Positions 1 through 13,737 are shown, counted from the first letter of the stretch. The stretch: 64,000 bases of DNA from Eledone cirrhosa (GCA_964016885.1 OZ024743.1:190216001-190280000); one strand, 5' to 3'. A program made the numbers and translations. Notes: generated by a model from the letters alone, not told the origin.

Positions 1-8
1 GTTTTAAG

Positions 9-46
9 TTTTTACCGGTTGCGCATTTCTAAATGCTTTTCAAAAA
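9..46 (-). ncRNA. Degenerate minimal hammerhead candidate at PLE 3' end
   Basis: TTT-TTGAAAA-GCATTT/AG/AAATGC-GCAA-CCGG-TA-AAA: U3-A8 core, palindromic stem III ACCGGT, but GCAA replaces GAAA and stem I is weak. Confidence 0.3.
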
Positions 47-365
47 TAATTTTGAGATAGAGCGTCCGTGTTGTTTGCTCTGATCTGATTAGTTTTGGGA
101 ATTCTACCTGTTTTTATGTTAAAAAAGTGGCTCCAGCGCTACTTGGCGTTGCAAAAATTCTTGTGGTCAAAACAATTTTGATTGGTCGGTAGAGGTCATG
201 TGAATATAAAAAATTGATTTTGCGCCAAGACTGAGAAATGTCTCTTTCACAACAAATATGTGTGTGTGTGTAGTAGTAGTAAAGTGTTCGATGTTGTGAT
301 AATGGTTAGCAGGGATGTGTGTGCGAACCGCAGCCTGTTGACAGTTCAAATGGCTATTAAGATAA

Positions 366-513
<148 letters not shown>

Positions 514-750
514 GCAGAGTAATTCGTGGTAGCGGGATGGTCAGTAGGAATGTGTCTGTAGGTAGTGGGGGTATTTTAGCATGTCAAAAGATATTTTTCA
601 GCTTTTGTCTTATACGGAAAAGTGTGTGTGTGTGTGTGTAGCAGAGTAATTCCTGGTAGAGAGATGGTGAGTGGGAATGTGTCTGTAAGTGAGTGGGGTT
701 GATATTTTGACATGTTAAAAGATATTTTTCAGCTCTTGTCTTATACGGAG

Positions 751-797
<47 letters not shown>

Positions 798-1040
798 AGT
801 CTCTTTGTATGTTAATGTACTCGCGCGAGTGTGTGTGTATATATGTGTGTGTGTGTGTGAGAATGTGTGTGTGTGTGTGTGTGTGGGTGGACCAGTATGT
901 TTTTCCCCTGGTAAAATGGTGTACATTATTCGATATTTTCAGTAAAATCGATTCTCTCAATAGAACATCAAAAATCTTAACAATAAAAGGTGTGAAATGA
1001 TATTCACTATATATATATATATACATATACATATATTCAC

Positions 1041-1080
<40 letters not shown>

Positions 1081-1196
1081 TTTTTGTGTTGCACCATAGA
1101 ACATGTGTGTTTACGTATGTCATTGTGTTTATTTGTGGGTAGAGATGTGTGCTGATGTAGGTATATATGTTGACGTGTGTATGTTGTGGGTTCGTC

Positions 1197-1553
1197 TTAG
1201 GGAGAAGTGTTTAGACGGGGTCCGTATTTGTTAATAAAGTAAGATTCCTTGCTGATGCGCTGGGTGTGGGTGGCATTATCTTTAAATTTGTAGAGGGGAA
1301 AGATTCTGAAGTTGGGATGATTTTGGGCGGCACAGGTATCAATGTGTTCACTCAGTGGTATTTTCCTGTATTCACGTATTTTAATTTGGGATCTATGGAC
1401 AGTCATGCGTTGGCGGAAGCTGTTTTTGGTCTGGCCTATGTATTGTTCTCGACAACCTGAGCAAGTTAATACATATATTAGATTTTCCGATGCACATGTG
1501 AAATTGTGTTTTACTATAAAACGTTGTCCGAACCCTCTATTAGGTTGATGCAA
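1197..1553 (-). pseudogene. PLE GIY-YIG endonuclease domain
   Basis: FTCASENLIYVLTCSGCREQYIGQT..RMTVH..LSEH..E.YFI......LN. Confidence 0.9.
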
Positions 1554-1997
1554 ATGCCACAGTTGGGTCTATCGCATTTTTTTTACTGTGGGTTTCGTTG
1601 TTGTGGTTGGCAGTACTTTGGAATGTGTTAGGATGTTTTTCATTGACTTAGATTGTCTTTTGCTCTTTATGACATCGTGTGTTCGTAGGATTTGGTTCAT
1701 TCTATGGTCCTTTTTCAACACAGGGATGTTCTGGAGGATGGTGTCAAAGGCCTCATTGTTGAGGGGGTTGTGTGTGGAGATGTATGGAAGAGCTTTTAGT
1801 TTTGGTTGATTTACTTTAGGGTGTCTAAGGTCTTGGGTACTGAGTTTTAGGGCACGTTGGATTCCATTGTCAATTAGTGATGCAGGGTAGTCCCTGCCTA
1901 TGAGTGTGTCCTTTAGTTCTTGTAGCCGTAAGTAGCATGTGTTTTTATTGGAGACTATAGTACATATTCTCTTGGCTAAATTGTAGGGAATATTAAT

Positions 1998-3360
1998 TTA
2001 AACGTGTCTAGGGTGGCAAGAGTTCAAAGGAAGATATTGCTTGGAGTCTGTGGGCTTGTAGTATATGTCTGTTTCTATTTTTTTGTTATGCATCTTAATG
2101 AGGATGTCGAGGAAGGGGAGTTGTTGATGGCTGTATTCCATCGTGAAGTTAATATTCGTGTTGAGCCCATTTATAAGGGTGTGAAATTCTTTAAGTTTTT
2201 CGATGTTTTCGTGCCAAAGGATGAAGCAGTCATCTAGATATCGCTTCCAGTTCCTTTCAATGTGTAAGTGGAGAGTGTTTCCAAATTTGTTTCGGACTTT
2301 AGTGTAGAGGGTGATTTCCAGGTATCCCATGACTAGGTTGGCATAAGTGGGGGCTGTTTTCGTTGCCATAGCGGTCCCAGATTTCTGCCTGTAGGGTTTG
2401 TTATTGAAAACGAAGTAATTGTTCTCCAAGATAAATTTGAGTCCCTCTATCACAAATTCTTTTTTGATGCGTTGTGGAGTTCATTGTGGTAATTATCCAG
2501 CCAGAATTGGATAGCTTCTATTCCTAGGTTGTGGGGGATGTTGGAGTATAGGTTGACTACATTGAACGTCACTAGTAGGGTTTGTTCAGAAAGTGGCATA
2601 TTAGGGAGGTGATTGAGCATATCTAGGTCGTCCCTTACATAGCTTTTGATGTGTTTGAGAAATGGCTTGAGAAGGGTATCAATGAAGTTGCTAAGGCGGT
2701 GGGTTTCGCAAGCGGGGCCTGCTATTATAGGTCTTAATTTGAGATCATTGGGTGAGGGGACATTGATGACTATGTCTGTGGCTTCCTTGCATGCCTTACT
2801 TATTAATTCGCTTTTATGTACTTCAGGGATACCGTAGAAAAGGCTGGATTCACTTGTGAAGTCTGTGATGAAGCTGAATTCCTTGTTAGTGAGTCCTTCT
2901 TTGTATTGGTTGATTAGAGTTTTTAGGTTTCTCATAATTTTCTGTTGATTGTAGTGTTCAGCCTTTTCGTAGTATGTTTCGTTTTCCAAAGTGGAGAGCG
3001 CTAAGTTGATATAGAATTCTGTCTCGATTAGGACTACTGTACTCCCTTTATCAGCCTCTTTAATTGTAATGGTTCTGTCGGTTTTTAATCTATTTAATTC
3101 TTCCCATTCTTCCTTGTTGAGGTTTGGCTTGTGTTTTTGTCTGTGCAAGTGTTGGTAAGGGAAGTTTGTGATGTGTTCACAGAATTCGTCCAGGATTTTA
3201 TTTCTACCTTTTGAAGGGGTGTAATTGCTTCTATTTCTGGCTAATGATTCATCCTCATTGTATTGGTCGTAACTTTCTACAGAAGTTTGTGATGTCTTCC
3301 TTCATTTCATAGTAGTTAGGACGTAGTGGGGTCGGTGTGAATTTAAGACCTTTGGTTGAT
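1998..3360 (-). pseudogene. PLE reverse transcriptase, split by frameshifts
   Basis: ORFs 2450-3148 and 1998-2453 carry NVVNLYSNI, QKSGTAMA and RYLDD motifs. Confidence 0.9.
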
Positions 3361-4887
3361 AAGGTTGGGTGTTGGTTCTGCACTAATAAGATTGATAATT
3401 TTTATTACTCTCGGTTTCTCCTCCCTGTCTTGTGTTATTTTGCTTGCCTGTATCTGTGTGCTGTGTCTAAAAAATGTTGGGGTAGAGGGGTTGTCTGCTG
3501 ATGTTAAGTGGTCTCCTGTGTTTGTTATATTCCTTGTTGTTGTAAAATGTGGATCGGGTTGGTGCTTGTAGATTGAATGGGGTGTTCCTGTACTGCGAGT
3601 ATGGGTGTGTGTTTCTATGTGCCATGTTGTATTGTGGTGTTATAAGTGGCCTACGTTGTTGGTTGTATCGTGTGGTGTGGGTTTGTTGTGTATTGTGGAA
3701 GCGAGAGTTGAGAAAATGGTAATTACCTTTCTGTCCCCTTGAAGCGGGGAAGTTGTTACATCTATCAAGGTGGTGGTATCTTTTCCCTATGTTTGACGAT
3801 GAGGCATCCGCGTAGTAGTTGAGTGATTTGGTATGGTGTCTCCTTAAAGGGGGAAAGTTGTAAATGTCATTCTGGGGGAGATGATTTCTTGGGTTTTTGT
3901 TCCTTCTTATGGTAGCGAGTTTGGGAAGTTCATCTTCCGTGTGGTGCTTCCTTCTTCGTTTGTTAGTGGCTTGGGGGTTTGGGAAGTTGTGCGGTACAGT
4001 TATGGGTTTTCCTATTTTTATGAACGGGTTATTGGCGGTGTAATCCGTTTGAAAAGTCGATTCATAGTATAGGAACCAAGCGGCACTTTTTTCCCAGCGT
4101 TGAAGGGATTATAGTTGCAGTCCCATTTCCATAATTTGGAGATCTTCTCTACCTTGGGGCCTTCAGTTTTATTGTTGATTTCCAGGAGGATCTCTTCATC
4201 GATGGTTTTGATTTTTTCCTCATTTGTCTGGGCCCTCAGTTTAAGAAGTTCAATTTCTGTCTTCATTTTTTCCAATACCATTCTTTCCCTAAGGTGTCTT
4301 TGAGGTTCGGGTTCATTTGGAATGGACTTTATTTGTAGTTTATTTGAGTTAGAGGGGTTGAGTTAAGCCATTTTTCATATATCTCCGCTTTGTTGTGATT
4401 TTGTATCATCTTCCAGAATGAGAACTTTCTGTCTCTGAGGGATTTGTTCCATTTTGGAATTGTTCGAATTTTCATTTTGTATGAATCAATCTCACATGGT
4501 TCTTCGTTGGTTTTACCTGGGTTGGTAGTAGTGAACATAGTTTGGATAGTATCGCAAAGGTTTTGAAGTTTGTCGCCGATTTCGGAGGGTTTGTATCCGG
4601 TGGCGGTTTCCTTATTTGTGGAGTCAAGTTTGTCGACCAGCAAAGATAGGTTGGTGTTGATTTTCTTGAGTTCCTGTAGAATCTCTTCATTTGTGTTGAT
4701 GAGGGTTGTATCCGTTTTTGTTGGCATTTTCTGTATCTCGTGTGAGGATATGATAGTTAAAAGAATAGAGGTGTAACACACAAGTTATTATATATTGGTA
4801 AACGGAATATATATATATATTGGTAAACGGATATGATAGTTAAAAGAATAGAGGTGTAACACACAAGATATTATATATTGGTAAACG

Positions 4888-4938
<51 letters not shown>

Positions 4939-5254
4939 TATATATATTTATATGTGTGTGTGTGAGTAATATGATTAAGCCTGACACATTTCTTGCATAC
5001 ACGTGTGTGTGTGTGTGTGTGTGTGCACCTGCGACTATAATTTTAATATGTGGTAGCAGAATTGCATTTGTCGGCATAGCTGTATATAGGTACATTGAAA
5101 ATTGGCAACCATATGCAAGTACACACTCACATGCAAATATATATATATATATATATATATTGTTATACTTGAGGAGGGTCATATTTGTGTAATAATATTC
5201 CCAGAATTAATAACAGAACACACTAAAAAACCTCGCAAAAGTAATTCATCGCCG

Positions 5255-5325
<71 letters not shown>

Positions 5326-5327
<2 letters not shown>

Positions 5328-5640
5328 AATGATAAATAATAACATAGCCGGCTGTACAATAGAGTTTATTTAAAGTATTAACAATTGTTTAATTATTCCA
5401 CTGTGTCTAAAAGTCGCTGAGCGTTAGAAGTCACGTCACTCGACTTTAATTACAGTCGATAATCGACCAAATCACTGATCACTATTCTGATGATTTGGTC
5501 GGATATCGACTGTAATTAAAGTCGAGTGACGTGACTTCTAACGATCAGCGACTTTTAGAAACACCGGACTAATGAAACAATTGTTAATACTTTGAATAAA
5601 CCGTATTGTACAGCCGACCATGTTATTCTTCATTCTTTTA
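5326..5640. repeat. Imperfect fold-back palindrome (~150-bp arms)
   Basis: 5345-5474 is the reverse complement of 5490-5625; centre ~5480. Confidence 0.9.
5483..5589 (+). ncRNA. Type I hammerhead with long branched stem II
   Basis: TATT-CTGATGA-TTTGGTCGG...CCGGACTAAT-GAAA-CAATTG-TT-AATA; stem III palindrome ACAATTGT; GUU site. Confidence 0.65.
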
Positions 5641-5797
5641 CTATTATTACCCCAAGAATCGCCTGCCAAGGAACTTTCTTAAACCGGCCACCCGACTATG
5701 GACATTTCTTGTTGAGTCAAACAACGCCGAACATTAAAACTATCCTCGATACAGAGTACTCAAAACGTCTAGTTGGATTAACGATATCTTGTTATCC

Positions 5798-5858
<61 letters not shown>

Positions 5859-5873
5859 GATATCTTGTTATCC

Positions 5874-5946
<73 letters not shown>

Positions 5947-6122
5947 AGATAACACACACAACATATGTAGATAACACAACATATCCTAGAAACGATCGTA
6001 AAATGATGAATTTTTTAATATAAGGAACTGTTTCTTTGTTTTTATTCATTGTTTTTATTAATTCATATATATATATATACCAAGATAATAATAAATGGAA
6101 ACTATATTTATAAAACCATATT

Positions 6123-6187
6123 TATTTTATTATATATATTTCAAGGACGACCAAGCAAATTTTGGTGCGCTTTCATCAGATATAATA
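6123..6187 (-). ncRNA. Minimal type I hammerhead (TATATA stem III family)
   Basis: TATTATAT-CTGATGA-stem II (ACCAA/TTGGT)-GAAA-TATATA-TA-ATAAAATA. Confidence 0.7.
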
Positions 6188-6684
6188 CAAAATTTGTTTT
6201 ATAAATAATGATGAACCCATGGAAATCACACCTTAACGGTCCGAAATTCGCTGGAGAGTGGAAACGTATTAGGGGTAATTCAAAGTTATGTGTGAATATG
6301 CAAATGAATGTATGATAATTTGAAAAACAACCGTTTATTTAAATTACGCTGGGGGAGGATGAGAAGAAAGAGAGAGCGAAAAAATTACTGTTATGAGATA
6401 TATAGAGAAATAGAGAAATAGAGAGAAGAGAAAAATTTAACAGAGGATGAACTCATATAACGTAAATAAGTCTTAAGTTTATATTAAAGTTACGTATATT
6501 TATTAATTACTTTGTTGTTAGAATTCTAATATAATACAACATAATATTAAGTGTTATAGGTATAAAGAAAAATAGATATAGATATATAAGATAACAAGAT
6601 ATCGTTTGGGTAATCCAACTAGAGGGTTTGAGTACTCTGTATCGAGGCTAGTTTTAATGTTCGGCGTTGTTTGACTCAACAAGA

Positions 6685-6732
<48 letters not shown>

Positions 6733-6736
<4 letters not shown>

Positions 6737-6947
6737 TCAATCGACTTTCGTCAAATCGGACCAAGGGAACAATGTTTCCGTTGGTCTTTCCAATTGCTAA
6801 TACTATCTATCGGTCGCAACTCCAGGTAGAAGGAGCAACGTGAAATAAAGTGTCTTGCTCAAGGACATAACGCATCGCCCGGTCCAGGAATCGAACTCAC
6901 AACCTCTCGATTGCGAATCCAATTCTCTAACCATTCAGCCGCACGCC

Positions 6948-6949
<2 letters not shown>
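6733..6949 (-). mobile_element. tRNA-derived SINE fragment (second family)
   Basis: Minus strand shows A/B-box-like head (TGGTTAGAG...GAGTTCGATTCC) followed by GTCCTTGAGCAAGACACTT. Confidence 0.6.
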
Positions 6950-7296
<347 letters not shown>

Positions 7297-7305
7297 GAAA
7301 AGATA

Positions 7306-9011
7306 TGACCCCGGCGGCAAAGCTCAAGCCGTTTCGACGGCTATTTCTAGACTAAATTAGAATGTTTAGCCTGGTGAATAAATAACCGAACTTGTTAACG
7401 GGGTACTTCCTTATATGGAAAGATTGTAGATGTCAAGAGGATTGGTTAACATTTGTTGTAAACACAAATAAGTCTATCATGGCATTTGGTGGGAATTAGG
7501 GGTGGCTGAACTTATCTGTAGAACAATAGGGGAGTGAGTGGAGCGGTCAAGCGTTGAAAGTGATATGTATACAGCAGATTCTAAGGATAGTGTATGAAGT
7601 GGAGGAGGGAAGTTATAGATTACGTAAATCGAATGAGAGTAGGAGACAATAAAAGATACTAGAAATAAATAAAAAATATATTAAATTAGATAGTGAAAAA
7701 TGAATAAAAAAATCACAATGCTATCTTACAATTTCAGGTTAATAAGTTGAGAATACGAAAAACGTGTAGAAAGTACAAAACTGAAACAAAATTAAAGGGG
7801 TTTAACACATCTGCTATAAGTAGTTAGTAAAACATATTCGGCCAATTCTATCTTAAAATTACAGGGGTGGGGAAACTGATGCTACAAGGCCCGATGGGCT
7901 GCATCGGGGTGGGCGAAAGGGGAAAAGCAGACGAGGAAGAAAATAGGGGGTGGAGGGAAGTGATAGGATGAGACAGGGGGGAGAAGAAGACAAAGAGGAA
8001 AAGAAAAGAGATACATCTATCTATGTAAGCTGGGGTTTCTCCTAACTTATTCGGCAAGTGTGTGTGTGTGGGGGGGGGGTATCAGCCCTTGTCTACCCAC
8101 CCGGGACGTTATAGGGTTTGAGGGCGAGGTAAGTCCTACGCAATCTGTGTTTGCATGCAGTTACCAGTTCGTCTTTCTTGTTTAGGAGTTGGTCCTTCGA
8201 AAACAGCATTTGTAATGTTTCCTCCGAGCATAAGTTACACGGACGGCGTCCTCCCGTGTAAGAGTTAGCTCTGGACAGTAAGCTCCAAGTGAGATTGTAG
8301 GTTATATTATTATCTTGGGGGTCCCAGATGTGGCCCGAATGTGTAGTGGCATGTCGCCGGACCGGGTTTCAGAAAGTATGTCGGTGTTGGTAGAGCCGGG
8401 TCTTGAAGTCACACGCGCTTAATCCTATATAAGCTTTGTTGGAGGTGTCCGTCCTCACGTTGCACTGGTAGATCACGTTACGTTCTCAGCATTTGTTGTT
8501 GAGGGGGCACGTAGATCTATCAGGGCAGTTACACCTCGTGGTCGGCTCTCCACTGATGTCTAGGTTATTTCTTCCATAGGGGTTGAGTTTTTTTGTTGTT
8601 TGAGGAGACGATGTTTTGTGCGAAGTTAGGTGTGGTGCTGTAGGAGAGTTTGATGGTGTTTTTGTTGATTGTGTTGTGGTAGCGGTGTTGTAGTGGTAAG
8701 TGTTTTTCGAGGGGCCTAAAGAAGATTTTCCCGGTAGGTGTTGCCACCTCGGCATTGTGGGGAGGATTGAACCACGTTACGTTGCGTGAGCGGCGGTGTC
8801 GCCTGCTGGTTCCGCTAAGGGAAGCTGGATGAAAGGATATTTCCTCCTGGAAGCCACTCCGCTTGAGGGCCTGGTTGTAATGAGGCGCGTGTTCGTCAAA
8901 TATCTGCTCATTAGCGGACACACGAGATATGCGGAGGAAGATGTTTTTAACCAGGTTATTGGTGATGTTTCTAGGATTGTTAGAGCGGCGGTGGATGTAG
9001 TGCAGGTTGTC

Positions 9012-9015
<4 letters not shown>
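7306..9015 (-). mobile_element. 5'-truncated Penelope-like element (RT thumb + GIY-YIG), disabled
   Basis: YIHRRSNNP, RNVTWFNPPH, IKLSYSTTPN, CNCPDRSTCPLNNKC, VIYQC..YIGL..FKTR..H; flanked by (TA)n. Confidence 0.88.
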
Positions 9016-9057
<42 letters not shown>

Positions 9058-9278
9058 TATATATATATAAACAGCGTTTGACTTAAAAAGTAATGGTGGA
9101 ACTTTGACTGTGAGATGTATTCGTCACATTACAAATGACTATAATAATAGTAGTCGATTACTATCAACAATAGTTAAAACAATCGAGTAAATATCTCTGA
9201 AGATAGGAAAATGTGAAAAGGTTCCTTAATTCACGTTTGCCTTATTTCCTTAAATATTATCTATAGTTATCGACGATT

Positions 9279-9855
9279 AGCAGTATTGGTAGAGGGTCGG
9301 ACGCCATGCTTTGACGCATAGAGCTACGGCCCTTGCCATTCTGAGTTCAAATCCCGCCGAGGTTAACTTTGCCTTTCATCCTTACGGGGTCGATAAAATA
9401 AAGTACCAGTAATACACTGGATAATTGCTGGCTTTGTGCCTAACGTAGAAACAATTATTAATATGAATTGGCAGTATCGGTAGAGGGCCGGACGCCATGC
9501 TTTGACGCATAGAGTTACGGCCCTTGCCATTCTGAGTTCAAATCCCGCCGAGGTTAACTTTGCCTTTCATCCTTACGGGGTCGATAAAATAAAGTACCAG
9601 TAACGTACTGGTTGATTGCTGGCCTTGTGCCAAAACTAGAAACAATTATTAATATATACATAGGTGGATTGGCAGTATCGGTAGAGGGTCGGACAACATG
9701 TATCGTGGCATTGAGTTACGGTGCTTTACCTTCTGAGTTCAAATCCCGCCGGCGTTAACTTTGCCTTTCATCCTTACGGAGTGGATAAAATAAAGCATCA
9801 GTAATGCACTGGGGTAATTACTGGCCTTGTGCCAAAAGTAGAAACAATTATTAAT
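9279..9855 (+). mobile_element. Three head-to-tail copies of a ~185-bp tRNA-like SINE
   Basis: Repeated GGCAGTATCGGTAGAG...GAGTTCAAATCC (B box)...GCCTTTCATCCTTACGGGGTCGATAAAATAAAGTACCAG...TAGAAACAATTATT; the central block resembles the MetaSINE-type domain (from memory). Confidence 0.85.
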
Positions 9856-9898
9856 ATAAACATTCATTTACGTTACAACGCTCAATGTTTCAAATTTC

Positions 9899-9942
<44 letters not shown>

Positions 9943-10622
9943 AAAAGTAAAGGTGGAAAAGCACGGAAGTATATTTGAATATTTGTTTGTCTTTAATCCG
10001 ACAGATAATTTTATAATTGTGGATTTAAATCGTGTCAAATAATACTGGTTTAGTTTGATATATCAATCTTATCAAATATTAAATAACAAATGTCAAAAAA
10101 CTGTTTTCATATATTTCTTTGAGAAGTTTGAATATATGTCAAAATGTCCTCTTATATATATGTTCCTTATGAAGGTGCGGTGGTGAGGTTGGAATGGGCG
10201 TTCAACGGGTCAGGATTCAATTGCATTCACTTGGTTAAAATAGAAAAATCTTTTATTATTCATAATAATGATCCAGATGGCATTTTTTATGTGTTTTTTT
10301 TTCTATGAGTATTTAAGTGGAGTTTATTTGTGTTTATGGGTTTTGTGAAAGTAGCTTTAAAAAGCTAAGAGGCGGATATAGCAGTTTTCGATTGTCGTGG
10401 TGTATGTGTGTCTGTGTGTGTCTGTGTCTGTGTGTGTCTGTGTGTGTGTGTCTGTGTGTGTACCGCGTGTGTCTAGTTATCCAGAGTATTTTTAGGGTTT
10501 GCAGATAAAAGTAAGGGTAAACAAAAAGAAAACCCTCTACTAAAAGACCTTCAGAAAACCACCCTTTGCTCCCCTAGGACTTTCTTTCTCATCTGTCTCT
10601 CCACTCCTTTTTCTTACTCTCA

Positions 10623-10627
<5 letters not shown>

Positions 10628-10700
<73 letters not shown>

Positions 10701-10716
10701 TCTCTCTCTCCCTCTC
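10628..10716. repeat. (CT)n microsatellite
   Basis: Direct reading. Confidence 0.97.
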
Positions 10717-11122
10717 ACTTAATAATTTGAAACATGACATGAAAGCTAACTTTCCCGATATATTCCTGCTATATGCTGCGCAGGGATAATATTGTTTGCA
10801 CTCGAAATATATAAAAATTCAAATACAGTGTACAATAAAGATATTTTTTCAAGAATTATTCTGTCGCCTGTACTCTATCTGAATGGTAGGCTGTGTTTCC
10901 TATAAAATATCTTCTGGAAATTAATTGCTTGTTGTTATATATAAGGTTACATAAGCTTATACAAAAAATATTACCTTCAATTTCACTTAATATTCTGCAA
11001 TCAGCCGTTAGACATGTGCAACTTAAATGTCAGTCATTCAGACACTCATAAACGGACACTTTAGAAACACATTTCTAACGAAGATTTGACAATGGAATTT
11101 TCTTCATAAGTCTTCTAAAGTC

Positions 11123-11389
11123 TACATTCGTAACAACCAAAAAACGTTAAGGGCTGAAAATTATGTTCATCTCCAAGATACTCTGAGAACAGATGGTGAT
11201 ACTGAAAACATGGGACAGCTTATAATCTTTCCATCATCAATTAACACGAAGGAACACAAAATGCTATGACATATGTCAGGACATATGGAAAACCATATTT
11301 TTTGTCACTTTCACTTGCAATCCTAAATGGGAAGAAATAAAATCTATCCTTCTTCCGGGTCAGAATTCCGTCATCGACATGATCTTATA
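11123..11389 (+). pseudogene. Helitron Rep/helicase fragment
   Basis: YIRNNQKTLRAENYVHLQDTLRTDGDTENMGQLIIFPSS, then after frameshifts TQNAMTYVRTYGKP and FVTFTCNPKWEEI..LLPGQ..RHDL (Helitron Rep motif 1 region). Confidence 0.85.
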
Positions 11390-11580
11390 CTAACACACGG
11401 ACGGACACGATTCAGCTTTTATTTATATATATATAGGAAGGGGTATAGTAAAAATTGTAAGGCGAAAAAGGTTTTCAACTTTTGCACAAAGCTCTGTGTA
11501 AGTACATATATATATATATATATATATACGAGAGACGTAAAATAAGAAAATTATAAAATTAACTTACTTACTAAAATATC

Positions 11581-11662
11581 ACTTCCAACTAATTAGTTTC
11601 TGGAATGGAGTAAATATATTTTCCGAAGAAGATACAGAGAAACATTCCGTCGTCAGGGAAGT
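11581..11662 (-). ncRNA. Type I hammerhead (inverted copy of 12209-12290)
   Basis: ACTTCC/GGAAGT stem I, CTGACGA, GAAA-CTAATTAG-TT. Confidence 0.8.
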
Positions 11663-12208
11663 CTATTCTCAGCTAAGTTTCCAGGCAAAGCGAGGACTCT
11701 GGAAACTTATTAAAAAATAATTCAGTGGATAGGAAATAGCAAAGCGTGGACTGAATTCCTAGCCATTGAGAAAATCACTGCCTCTGCGTCTGTGGCAAAT
11801 TCAAAAAGAATCAATCACGTGACATCGAGGTCAATCAGTGGAAAGTGGTTTGCTAATAAGACCTGCCTACTACCATAGCAGCAGTCATGGCCAATATTGC
11901 TCGACAAATAATTTGGAGATAATTATAAAAAATTAATATCTAGTAACATATATATACATACAGGTGCATATCAATGCTAGCAAATATATAGGTTTTGTCT
12001 TAGTAACATTGTGGTTCAATGCATGGGGTTGCAGAACAATAATATGAGAGACGTAAAATAAGAAAATTATAAAATTAACTTACTTACTAAAATTGATTTT
12101 CTCAATGGCTAGGAATTCAGTCCACGCTTTGCTATTTCCTATCCACTGAATTATTTTTTAATAAGTTTCCAGAGTCCTCGCTTTGCCTGGAAACTTAGCT
12201 GAGAATAG

Positions 12209-12290
12209 ACTTCCCTGACGACGGAATGTTTCTCTATACCTTCTTCGCAAAATATATTTACTCCATTCCAGAAACTAATTAGTTGGAAGT
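12209..12290 (+). ncRNA. Type I hammerhead ribozyme
   Basis: ACTTCC-CTGACGA-C-GGAATG...CATTCC-A-GAAA-CTAATTAG-TT-GGAAGT; perfect 6-bp stem I, palindromic stem III, GUU site. Confidence 0.82.
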
Positions 12291-12456
12291 GATATTTTAG
12301 TAAGTAAGTTAATTTTATAATTTTCTTATTTTACGTCTCTCATATTATTGTTCTGTAACCCCATGCATTGAACCACAATGTTACTAAGGCAAAACCTATA
12401 TATTTGCTAGCATTGATATGCATCTGTATGTATATATATGTTACTAGATATTAATT

Positions 12457-12563
<107 letters not shown>

Positions 12564-13035
12564 TATATATATATGTGTACTTACACAGAGCTTTGTGCAA
12601 AAGTTGAAAAGCTTTTTTGCCGTACAATTTTCACTATGCCCCTTCCTATATATATATAAATAAAAGCTGAATCGTGTCCGTATATATATATATATGGGAT
12701 AACAAGTTATCGTTAGAGGTAATCCAGTTAGAGGTTGTGGGTACTCTGCGTCGTAAGTGAATTATTTTTATATCTGCGTACTCTGATGTGTTGATCAGAG
12801 GTAAATAATGTATTGGAGATCAGAACTTGAAATAAAGCCCCTTATTGTACAACCAACCATATCACTCTTCATTCTTTCACTATATATATATATATAGTAA
12901 TAATAATAAATGTGAAAGCAGCGATTCTATGCTCAAACTTTAATATTTTATTTTAATAAATTCAATAAATATATATATATATAACATAAGAAACGGAGAA
13001 ACGGAGAACCAGTGTTGCGACGAATAAAATTTATT

Positions 13036-13131
13036 AGACATATTACAATCGTTTCCTGGCGATCAGCTCGAGGCACGATCGATGTAATGATCGAACCTGA
13101 CTCTGAAATCGCAAGGTCGACAGATACGTTT
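13036..13131 (-). ncRNA. Hammerhead, mutated core (CTGTCGA)
   Basis: AAACGTAT-CTGTCGA-CCTTGCGA...TCGCCAG-GAAA-CGATTG-TA-ATATGTCT. Confidence 0.55.
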
Positions 13132-13170
13132 CGATTCTACGAAGCAGAGTTTCCAAAATTCGTAGAATCG

Positions 13171-13267
13171 AGACGTATCTGACGGCCTTGCGATTTCAGA
13201 GTCAGGTTCGATCATTACATCGATCATGCCTCGAGCTGCTCGCCAGAGAAACAATTATAATATGTCT
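13171..13267 (+). ncRNA. Hammerhead, mutated core (CTGACGG)
   Basis: AGACGTAT/ATATGTCT 8-bp stem I, long stem II, GAAA-CAATTA-TA; the two arms give consensus CTGACGA. Confidence 0.55.
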
Positions 13268-13457
13268 AATAAATTTTATTCGTCGTAACACTGATTCTCC
13301 GTTTCTTATGTGATATCATACTCTGCTCTGTAAGAACATCGAGTGCGCAAACGGCCTACAGCTTATCGACGCTTTAAACATCCCACACCATCCTGTCTTT
13401 CTCCGGTTGCAACGTTTTTTGAAATATCCAGTTCTGCGTTTACAGATTGACTTTGTT

Positions 13458-13508
13458 AGTTTCAGAAGATCCCGTTAAGGGTGAAAGCAGCGATTCTTTG
13501 CTTAAACT
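13458..13508 (+). ncRNA. Hammerhead-like fold with CAGAAGA (U4A) core
   Basis: AGTTT-CAGAAGA-TCCC/GTTAA/GGGT-GAA-AGCA..TGCT-T-AAACT. Confidence 0.55.
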
Positions 13509-13523
13509 TTAATCTGTTATTTA

Positions 13524-13589
<66 letters not shown>

Positions 13590-13631
13590 GTACACACACA
13601 CACACACACATATATATATGTACACACACAC

Positions 13632-13686
<55 letters not shown>

Positions 13687-13737
13687 TAAATGAAATAACA
13701 GGAATCTGCACTGGTGTAAATCCTTGAAAGGTTTATT

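Larger units (their letters stand above)
12984..13311. repeat. Fold-back palindrome with a hammerhead in each arm
   Basis: Arms ~12984-13143 and 13158-13311. Confidence 0.9.

Noticed and set aside
9279-9855. Regularly spaced repeats suggesting tRNA genes or a CRISPR-like array
   Set aside because: Whole ~190-bp units repeat with no unique spacers and no full cloverleaf; they are SINE copies.
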